A stretch of 32,000 nt of DNA, from the NCBI GenBank assembly GCA_008080745.1, contig SHMX01000009.1:1-32000 (forward strand). Reading direction: 5' to 3'. The position numbers and the translations under genes were made by a program. Below are positions 10,013 through 16,408 of the stretch, in pieces; positions within the stretch are counted from its first letter, which is position 1, and each line of letters begins with the position of its first letter. The stretch comes from Candidatus Thorarchaeota archaeon (GTDB taxonomy: Archaea; Asgardarchaeota; Thorarchaeia; Thorarchaeales; Thorarchaeaceae). Below the pieces are notes generated by a model. The model did no database searches. It was not told the DNA's origin and saw only the letters and a program-made list of their open reading frames with translations.

Positions 10013-10047
10013 GGGATTCCGACTTGATCCATCTGGTTTCAATGTCC

Positions 10048-10268
10048 TATCTCTAACAAGGTATCCGTAGCGGAAGCTGCGGATGGATCATCTCCTACGC
10101 ATTTTTCGCAGATTTTACAAAATCTGCAATAACAGACGAGCGGGGAAGGACAAACAGTTACTTACCCCTTCGTCCACTGTTGAGCACCTTTTTCATTTTT
10201 GCAATGATTATCCTGTTGAGTGGCAACTAAGTTTCCAGACTCTGGAGATAGTCCCAGATGGCGATGAT
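10048..10268 (+). repeat. 16S-trailer repeat copy 3 (full length, with rRNA part and coding tail)
   Basis: tatctc-taacaaggtatccgtagcggaagctgcggatggatcatctcct-acgc...cctgttgagtggcaactaagtttccagactctgg. Confidence 0.95.
10054..10096 (+). rRNA. 16S rRNA 3'-terminal fragment (helix 45 + anti-SD), not a full gene
   Basis: Matches the universal SSU 3' end TAACAAGGTA-CCGTAG-GGAA-CTGCGG-TGGATCACCTCCT, with one C>T change in the anti-SD. Confidence 0.9.
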
Positions 10269-10439
10269 GGTTTTTTCTTTAATCGCAGGTGTTACTGAGA
10301 GTCTTATCGCACTTGGGTTGCAACGGGTCACGGACGGTTCCGCCAATGCAATGTCTGTGTTTCCACACAATCAACTCCAAGTTTATTAGATACCAACTAA
10401 ATCATCATCTGTACAGATTGTTCTATGAGGTCGATTCTC

Positions 10440-10808
10440 ATGCCTGAAGATGAAAAAAGAGAACTGGTACGATTCACATATCAATACAGCCCTGATTTTA
10501 GAGAAGAATATGTTACAGGGGCTCGTGGTGGCATCCAAAACATATACCACCTTAGACTTGATTTCTATAATGAACGATCCAAATTACGTTCTCTTGAGGA
10601 TTCACTTGTTGAAGATACTGATGGCTCACGAAGAATCGAACCCACGGAATCATCAAATGAGCCAGATATCATTGAGCGTACATTCAAAGTGGGATTGGTG
10701 TTATCCTTCAATGCTGTTCGTGAACTTTCTCGATTTCTCGCAGAAAAAGTGAAAGAGATAGATGAGATTGAGAGAAAACTCGCTAAGCAAATTACTGGTG
10801 GTGAATAA
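10440..10808 (+). CDS. Hypothetical protein, DUF3467-like
   Basis: YSPDFREEYVTGARGG...LRLDFYNER and VGLVLSFNAVRELSRFL resemble this small family. The stop is 4 nt before the next ATG. Confidence 0.55.
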   Translation: MPEDEKRELVRFTYQYSPDFREEYVTGARGGIQNIYHLRLDFYNERSKLRSLEDSLVEDTDGSRRIEPTESSNEPDIIERTFKVGLVLSFNAVRELSRFLAEKVKEIDEIERKLAKQITGGE

Positions 10809-10812
10809 AGAG

Positions 10813-11130
10813 ATGATTGATGATGAACACTATGCAAAGGGTCATTCAGATACGGGTACAACTAATCCTGATTGGTACAAGCTAGGTTCGATATCGGATA
10901 TGATATCTAGTTCCAGTATTACCCATATTCATATGGATTCAACTGCATCCACTTCAGCTGATAGTACTCGTTCTACTAAATCATCATCTATTGACAGTCT
11001 GATGAAACTGTTTGGAATATTGGATGAAGAAACTGCAGATGCTATTGAGGATGCCATTGAAGAGTATCGTAAACGTCATGACAAAGCAATGACTAGAAGA
11101 ATCCAGGAGCGATATCATGATCCTTCTTGA
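10813..11130 (+). CDS. VapB-like antitoxin with Ser/Thr-rich N-terminus
   Basis: The C-terminal SLMKLFGILDEETADAIEDAIEEYR resembles the toxin-binding helix of archaeal VapB. It overlaps the vapC start. Confidence 0.6.
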   Translation: MIDDEHYAKGHSDTGTTNPDWYKLGSISDMISSSSITHIHMDSTASTSADSTRSTKSSSIDSLMKLFGILDEETADAIEDAIEEYRKRHDKAMTRRIQERYHDPS

Positions 11131-11512
11131 TACTAGTTTCGTGATAGATCTCATGAGAGGAAATACTGATTGTATGAAGTTGCTTCAAGATACTGAAGCC
11201 AGAGAGGAGGATGTTTTTCTGTCTACCATATCTGTCTACGAATTACTCGTAGGTGTTGCTCATGCAGATAATAAAATAGATGAAGAGCAGAAAATACGGG
11301 AATCTCTATCAGCAATTACCACCATCGATTTCGATAAGTATTCATCCTACGAATCGGGTACCATCTATTCAGAACTGAAGTCGCAAGGTTCTATGATCAA
11401 CTCTTTTGATATTCTCATTGCTGGTATTGCACGAAGACATAACTATTCTGTCATGACTCGAAATGGATCTGATTTCAATCGAATAAATGGTCTTCAAGTT
11501 ATTGAATACTAG
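11117..11512 (+). CDS. vapC: VapC PIN-domain ribonuclease toxin
   Basis: MILLDTSFVID, ISVYELLVG, FDILIAGIA, VMTRNGSDFNRI: PIN acidic tetrad motifs. Confidence 0.93.
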   Translation: MILLDTSFVIDLMRGNTDCMKLLQDTEAREEDVFLSTISVYELLVGVAHADNKIDEEQKIRESLSAITTIDFDKYSSYESGTIYSELKSQGSMINSFDILIAGIARRHNYSVMTRNGSDFNRINGLQVIEY

Positions 11513-11541
11513 TTTCTGTTTTTCATTTCGTAATCATTGTT

Positions 11542-11732
11542 TATCTCTAACAAGGTATCCGTAGCGGAAGCTGCGGATGGATCACCTCCTACGCATTTTA
11601 TCGCGAATTCTCATGGAATTCGCAAAACAGACGAGCGGGGGAAGGACAAACAGTTACTTACCCCTTCGTTCACTGTTGAGCACCCTTTTCATTTTTGCAA
11701 TGATTATCCTGTTGAGTGGCAACTAGGTTTCA
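11542..11732 (+). repeat. 16S-trailer repeat copy 4 (full rRNA part)
   Basis: tatctc-taacaaggtatccgtagcggaagctgcggatggatcacctcct-acgcatttta...gttgagtggcaactaggtttc. Confidence 0.95.
11548..11590 (+). rRNA. 16S rRNA 3'-terminal 43-nt fragment (helix 45 + anti-SD), not a full gene
   Basis: TAACAAGGTATCCGTAGCGGAAGCTGCGGATGGATCACCTCCT; 10-bp stem TATCCGTAGC/GCTGCGGATG closing a GGAA loop. Confidence 0.93.
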
Positions 11733-11784
11733 CGTGTATCCTTATATCCGTCAAAATCTAACTACTCTTAGAGGTCTGATTCCC

Positions 11785-11982
11785 TTGGCTACAAAGACTA
11801 TCACCATTTCAGAAGAGGTCTATAACCTATTGGAGAAGATGCTCCTTCCGGGTGAGAAGATAGAGGATGCGATACTCCGCCTGTGTGGTATCAAGAGTAG
11901 TCTTCATGATTCTGATTTTGAAAAGGGTCTCGAAAAGATCATCACTGAAGATGCAGAGCTTCTCAAACGACTTGCAAAATAG
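11785..11982 (+). CDS. Antitoxin (DUF217/VapB-type N-terminus) paired with Doc
   Basis: TTG start; ATKTITISEEVYNLLEKM...KIEDAILRL; C-terminal FEKGLEKIITEDAELLKRLAK; 1-nt overlap with doc. Confidence 0.8.
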   Translation: MATKTITISEEVYNLLEKMLLPGEKIEDAILRLCGIKSSLHDSDFEKGLEKIITEDAELLKRLAK

Positions 11983-12383
11983 TGCGTGGTGCATACTTCG
12001 TGAGATATTTGACCTATGATGAGATCCTGTCTATCCATGACCGTTTGATAGAATTCTTTGGTGGCGAGAGTGGTGTTTTTTCGGTCAATGCATTGGAGAA
12101 CTGCGTATCCCTCCCTATGATGTCAGTATTTGGAACTGAGACCAATCCCACAATCTGGTCAAAAGCTGCAGCACTTCTTTATTGTATACTCATTCGTCAT
12201 CCCTTTGTTGATGGAAATAAGAGGACTGCTTGGACCGCTGCGAAGCTCTTTCTCTATCTCAATGGATATGACCTACAAGTTGACGTGGATGATGCCTAGG
12301 CAAAGATTCTCAGGATACTGAAGGAAGCGTCATCAAATGATTCGATTGCAGAATGGCTTGAACAGTGTTCTACGAAAATATAG
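11982..12383 (+). pseudogene. doc: Doc (Fic-family) toxin with premature in-frame TAG
   Basis: HPFVDGNKRTA Doc motif. TAG at 12297-12299 is followed in frame by AKILRILKEASSNDSIAEWLEQCSTKI*, the usual Doc C-terminal helices. Confidence 0.85.
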
Positions 12384-12398
12384 TTTCTTCATTGCTTT

Positions 12399-12539
12399 CT
12401 ATGCATTTTTCGCAAATTCCATGAGAATTTGCAAAACAGACGAGCGGGGGAAGGACAAAAGGTACTTGCCTCTTCGTCCACTGTTGAGCACCCTTTCTTC
12501 TTTTGCAATGATTGTCTGGTTGAGTGGATCATAGATTTC
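12399..12539 (+). repeat. 16S-trailer repeat copy 5 (no rRNA part)
   Basis: ctatgcatttttc-gcaaattc..gaatttgc-aaaacagacgagcgggggaaggac...ctggttgagtggatcatagatttc. Confidence 0.92.
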
Positions 12540-12803
12540 GCATTCTTATTGTGACCGTTCATTGTTTATTGGACAATCTTGGACATCAGAGCGTTGGCCT
12601 CCCAGGTAACGGCACTGGGTGAGACTCTGTCCTGGTCAGGGATACTATGTCTTTCAACCATATCTTTCCTCCGTATCAAGCTATATAAACCCCTATCGGA
12701 ATCGGTCCAGCAATATCCAAGTTTTAAGAAGATGTTCGCAACCCCTTACTTGTTGAAATTGTTGATTTTATATGTATATGTACTCATATGTATGGTGATC
12801 GAA

Positions 12804-13046
12804 ATGGCAAAGAACATCGCTTTGGCAGAAGATGTCTACAGAGACCTCAAACGTATGAAAAGAGAGGGTGAAAGTTTTAGCGACCTGATTCGAAGACTGT
12901 TGAAGACAAGAGGGGCGATTTCCGACCTTGCAGAATCTGCGACACTCAGTACTGAAGAATGGTTGGAGATGAAAAGACTGAAGGAAGAACAAGCGGCTCT
13001 TGATGAGAGCCGAACAGATATTCTTCTCTCAAAACAAGAAGGGTGA
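12804..13046 (+). CDS. vapB: VapB antitoxin (DUF217-type)
   Basis: MAKNIALAEDVYRDLKRMKREGESFSDLIRRLL; GGTGA SD-like motif at 12794. Confidence 0.88.
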   Translation: MAKNIALAEDVYRDLKRMKREGESFSDLIRRLLKTRGAISDLAESATLSTEEWLEMKRLKEEQAALDESRTDILLSKQEG

Positions 13047-13052
13047 TTTTTC

Positions 13053-13457
13053 GTGCCACTCTTTGATACGAGCTTTCTCATAGATCTCACTAGAGGTGAC
13101 GTTGGTGCTATATCCGCCGCAAAACAGGTCGATGGAACCGCTGACATTAAAGCGGTATCTGTGGTGACGGTCCACGAGTATTTACGAGGGGTCTATTATC
13201 ACCACATCGGGAAGAAAACGCTGGATGGTAAGCTCCGTAAAGCTCTCACAGATCTTGCGCATTTTGAACAACTGGAATTCACTCCCTCCATTGCACGAGA
13301 AGCTGCATATACCGATGCTCTGTTACTCAAGCATGGAACTACGATTCCCTATGCTGATGTTGTAATTGCAGCAACCGCAAAGCATCACAATATCCCTTTG
13401 GTCACACGTGATGCTCATTTCAGAGCTATTGATGATATTGTATTGATAGACTACTAG
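13053..13457 (+). CDS. vapC: VapC PIN-domain ribonuclease toxin
   Basis: LFDTSFLID, VTVHEYLRG, ADVVIAATA, LVTRDAHF. Confidence 0.92.
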   Translation: MPLFDTSFLIDLTRGDVGAISAAKQVDGTADIKAVSVVTVHEYLRGVYYHHIGKKTLDGKLRKALTDLAHFEQLEFTPSIAREAAYTDALLLKHGTTIPYADVVIAATAKHHNIPLVTRDAHFRAIDDIVLIDY

Positions 13458-13465
13458 ATGCCCTA

Positions 13466-13501
13466 GTATCCGTGGCGGAAGCTGCGGATGGATCACCTCC
13501 T
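13466..13501 (+). rRNA. 16S rRNA 3'-terminal fragment (helix 45 + anti-SD), not a full gene
   Basis: Same as copy 4 except one A>G change that converts an A-U pair to G-U. Confidence 0.9.
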
Positions 13502-13632
13502 ACGCATTTTGCAGATTCATGATAATCTGCAGTATAGACGAGCGGGGGAAGGACAAAAGTTACTTGCCTCTTCGTCCACTGTTGAGCACCCTTTCATTTT
13601 TGCAATGATTGTCTGAATGAGTGTGAACTAGA
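13466..13632 (+). repeat. 16S-trailer repeat copy 6 (rRNA part from helix 45)
   Basis: gtatccgtggcggaagctgcggatggatcacctcct-acgcatttt-gcagatt..aatctgc...ctgaatgagtgtgaactag. Confidence 0.95.
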
Positions 13633-13698
13633 CTCTTGTGTTTCTCTATTGATCTGGAATAGTATCATTTCTATTTCCGATTATTCCATGAATCCCGC

Positions 13699-13998
13699 TT
13701 AGTCCGATTGTTGACTTATATTTCTGTATTGCCATAGTAGGTCCACTACTAATCCCATAAGAATTGCTGAGTCAAAGAATATTGCATTTGGATTTACGAG
13801 CATGAAATGCCCTACCGTAAATACACACCATCCAATCATGCACATGAGAAGGAAATAGACTGTCCTTTTTTGCTGCTTAAGTTTTTCATCCTCTTCATAT
13901 TCGTTCACCAGTTTCCAGAGTGTACCTCTTCCAATGATACAGATGAAAAAAAGCAGTGTAAACGCGGTTCCGTGAATTGCTGCTACTAGTGTTTGCAT
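13699..13998 (-). CDS. Small membrane protein (3 TM)
   Basis: Three hydrophobic segments in 99 aa. Confidence 0.55.
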   Translation of the reverse strand: MQTLVAAIHGTAFTLLFFICIIGRGTLWKLVNEYEEDEKLKQQKRTVYFLLMCMIGWCVFTVGHFMLVNPNAIFFDSAILMGLVVDLLWQYRNISQQSD

Positions 13999-14184
13999 AT
14001 CTTTCTCTCCATATCTCCGAATATTCTCAGATTGGTGGACTCAACCAAACTCGATCATCATGATATCCACCATAAGGTGCTGCATCACATTGATGTTGGT
14101 AGTCATAGATTGCGGAAAACGGATATAACAGTCCCCATTCGTAGTCCATGACATCGAAATGAACGAATGATGTATCCCCATCCC

Positions 14185-14283
14185 TTCTATTGCACAGTCA
14201 ATTTGGTTGAGTATGAACTAGGTCTCCAGAGTTCGCAGGTAGTTTCAGGCGGTGATAGATTCGCCTCTTGAAAGAACAGTGAT
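14185..14283 (+). repeat. Right-end-only copy of the 16S-trailer repeat with coding tail
   Basis: ttctattgca...tttggttgagtatgaactaggtctccagagttcgcagg...gatagattc...gaaagaacagtgat aligns to 16020-16120. Confidence 0.7.
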
Positions 14284-14323
14284 TTTATAATCTCTCATAC
14301 ACATACATACACGAGTGAACAAT

Positions 14324-14566
14324 ATGGGGTACAAGACAATCTCACTCTCTGAGGAAGCCTATGCTATTTTGAAAAAAGCAAAACGCGAGAATGAGAGTTT
14401 TAGTCAAGTTGTTATCAGGCTCGCACAAAGACGAACATTGAGTGATTTCATAGGATGCATCTCAGAAGAATCAGTAAGTAAACTGACTTATGCACTAGCT
14501 GACTTCAGACAAGAACGGTCCAAGGTCTGGTCAAAAAGCATGGAAGAGTTGGTGAAGGACCAATGA
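14324..14566 (+). CDS. vapB: VapB antitoxin (DUF217-type)
   Basis: MGYKTISLSEEAYAILKKAKRENESFSQVVIRL; ATGA overlap with vapC. Confidence 0.9.
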   Translation: MGYKTISLSEEAYAILKKAKRENESFSQVVIRLAQRRTLSDFIGCISEESVSKLTYALADFRQERSKVWSKSMEELVKDQ

Positions 14567-14955
14567 TTGCGGACTCGAGTTTTGTTATTGATATTATGCG
14601 AAATGATGAATCGGCACTACAGAAACTTGAACTGATAAAAACGAGTCAGAGTCCTCAATATCTAACATCTCCAACAGTAATGGAACTTGCGGCAGGTATA
14701 TCTCTGGCAAGACTACCAAATAGAGAACAGAATCGAATCGATATTATCATGGAAGAATTCCAAATACTTCCCCTTGACACGGCATCTGCATGGTGGGCAG
14801 GTCTGGAGCTTGGCCGGTTGAAGAGAGAGGGGATGATTGTTGATCCAATCGATGCACAGATTGCTGGCATTGCAGTCAAACATCAGGAAATTGTTGTGAC
14901 CCGAAATATCCGACATTTTGAACGATTCAAAGACTTGAGTGTAGAGTCATACTAA
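14563..14955 (+). CDS. vapC: VapC PIN-domain ribonuclease toxin
   Basis: MIADSSFVID, TVMELAAG, IDAQIAGIA, VVTRNIRHFERF. Confidence 0.93.
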   Translation: MIADSSFVIDIMRNDESALQKLELIKTSQSPQYLTSPTVMELAAGISLARLPNREQNRIDIIMEEFQILPLDTASAWWAGLELGRLKREGMIVDPIDAQIAGIAVKHQEIVVTRNIRHFERFKDLSVESY

Positions 14956-14988
14956 TTCTGATTTCAGATTGAATTAGTCCTTTCAACT

Positions 14989-15108
14989 CGCAGATCTAGA
15001 AAATCTACAAAACAGATGAGCGAGGGAAGGTTGATGTTTCTATCCCTCACATCACTGTTGAACACTCTATTTTCATTTTTGTTATTATCTGACCGAGTGT
15101 AGCTTAGA
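14989..15108 (+). repeat. 16S-trailer repeat copy 7 (divergent)
   Basis: cgcagat..atctacaaaacagatgagcgagggaagg...tccctcacatcactgttgaacactctattttcattttt...gaccgagtg. Confidence 0.8.
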
Positions 15109-15176
15109 GTTTAGGTCTATCTCTAGATACTACATAAGAGTCATATACACTGTCATATATAGTATACATGATTACA

Positions 15177-15479
15177 ATGGCACATGTGTTGTCAGTTCGC
15201 TTGGATGAAGACTTGGAGAAACGTCTTGCATTCCTGATGGAGAAACGTAAGATAGTAGACAAGTCAGCCTATGTTCGTCGTTTGATTGATCGTTCACTTA
15301 GAGAAGACCTTCTTGACTTCCTCTCTGGGGAGATTGCTGCAAAACGTATTAGTATGTGGAAGGCTTCTTCAATAGCAGGAATCTCGTTGAGAGCAATGAT
15401 GATTGAGTTAGCAAAACGCGAAATCTCCATCTATGATGAACAATCACTGAAGGAAGATCTGCTCTTTGCAGAGGGATAA
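15177..15479 (+). CDS. RHH / UPF0175-like antitoxin
   Basis: VLSVRLDEDL RHH strand; ISMWKASSIAGISL...SLKEDL UPF0175-like C-terminus; adjacent to a DUF3368 PIN gene. Confidence 0.8.
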   Translation: MAHVLSVRLDEDLEKRLAFLMEKRKIVDKSAYVRRLIDRSLREDLLDFLSGEIAAKRISMWKASSIAGISLRAMMIELAKREISIYDEQSLKEDLLFAEG

Positions 15480-15482
15480 TTC

Positions 15483-15980
15483 ATGATAGGAGTTGTGAAT
15501 TCCTCACCTCTCATTTACTTGGGGAAGCTTGGTCTTGTTAATCTATTGAATGAACTCTTCGATGGCGTATTCACAACGCGTTCTGTGATGAATGAAGTGC
15601 TTGATGATACATCACCCGAGTTTGCTATTCTCACAGATGCCTTTGCATCATGGTTGAATCTGTCTGATGTCATAATATCTCCTCTCTCTACAAAACTCTG
15701 TGAAATGGGGTTACATCAAGGCGAAGTAGATGTAATCACTCTTGCATTCGATATGAGAGAGAAAGGGCCAGTTGTGATTATTGATGATCTTGCGGCACGG
15801 GATATTGGAAGAACTCTTGGATTGTATATAACTGGAACAATTGGAATCATATTGCGTGCTGTGAAAAACAATATGCTCTCCAAAACAGATGCTGTTGTCA
15901 AGCTAAACTATCTCGTACAAGAAACTCCGTTCCGTATCTCTACTAAACTGTACTTGCAAATCTTAGAACAGCTGAGATAA
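15483..15980 (+). CDS. DUF3368-type PIN-domain protein (putative toxin)
   Basis: VVNSSPLIYLGKLG, LHQGEVDVI, IIDDLAAR, ITGTIGIIL, FRIS. Confidence 0.88.
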   Translation: MIGVVNSSPLIYLGKLGLVNLLNELFDGVFTTRSVMNEVLDDTSPEFAILTDAFASWLNLSDVIISPLSTKLCEMGLHQGEVDVITLAFDMREKGPVVIIDDLAARDIGRTLGLYITGTIGIILRAVKNNMLSKTDAVVKLNYLVQETPFRISTKLYLQILEQLR

Positions 15981-15985
15981 TCATG

Positions 15986-16122
15986 CTTCCCCTCGCGTTC
16001 ACTATTGAGCACCCTATTTTTATTTTTGCAATAGTTACTCGGTTGAGTGTTCACTAGGTTTCTAGACTCTGCAGGAAGTCCCAAATGGAAATAGATTCTC
16101 CTCCGGAAAGAACAGTGATCTC
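15986..16122 (+). repeat. 16S-trailer repeat copy 8 (right half plus coding tail)
   Basis: cttcccctcgcgttcactattgagcaccctatttttatttttgcaa...cggttgagtgttcactaggtttctagactctgcagg. Confidence 0.85.
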
Positions 16123-16159
16123 ATTTTCGCTTATACACCTACATACATGAGTGAACAAT

Positions 16160-16270
16160 ATGGGAAACAATATAATCTCACTCTCTGAGGAGGCCTATGC
16201 ACTTCTGCTCCATCCTCAATGGTGTTACTCATGCTCGCGAGGAGTCGGAAATTTCTGGTATTGGAAATGA
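16160..16270 (+). pseudogene. Truncated vapB antitoxin remnant
   Basis: MGNNIISLSEEAYALL matches MGYKTISLSEEAYAIL (14324), upstream region included, then loses homology. Confidence 0.75.
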
Positions 16271-16408
16271 GTCTTTCACTCCAATCATCTGTAGGTCTAT
16301 CTCTCTGAGCGAATTATCGTAGCGGTTCAACCTCAAAAACACGAAACGCGAAACATAGAAATGTGTTTACTCATATTATTTTTCGAATCTGCTTGGGATG
16401 GAGATACC

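Noticed and set aside
2277-12534. ORFs 2277..2591, 10083..10298, 11537..11761 and 12337..12534 with similar peptides (TDERGKDK...)
   Set aside because: They are translations of the repeat with different starts, ends and frameshifts; conservation follows RNA pairing, not codons.
12579-12803. N-terminal extension of the antitoxin ORF, and a GC-rich stem at ~12580-12650 as tRNA/ncRNA
   Set aside because: Antitoxin homology and the SD motif point to ATG 12804. The stem lacks T-psi-C and D arms and has only short pairings.
10054-13501. Intact 16S rRNA gene or rRNA operon
   Set aside because: Only the last 36-43 nt are present; upstream sequence is protein-coding or unrelated.
1913-14250. Genome-wide stop-codon recoding (TGA at Trp positions 1913 and ~14245; TAG at 12297)
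   Set aside because: Intact genes here end normally at TGA and TAG (e.g. cysK TGA, vapC TAG), and the cases lie in fragments; nonsense mutation is simpler.
2295-16122. CRISPR array
   Set aside because: Repeats are >120 bp and divergent, spacers are gene-sized, and no cas genes are present.
2295-16122. Assembly artefact caused by rRNA repeats
   Set aside because: Copies differ at many positions, including compensatory pairs and different endpoints, which mis-joining of identical reads would not generate. Long-read confirmation is still desirable.
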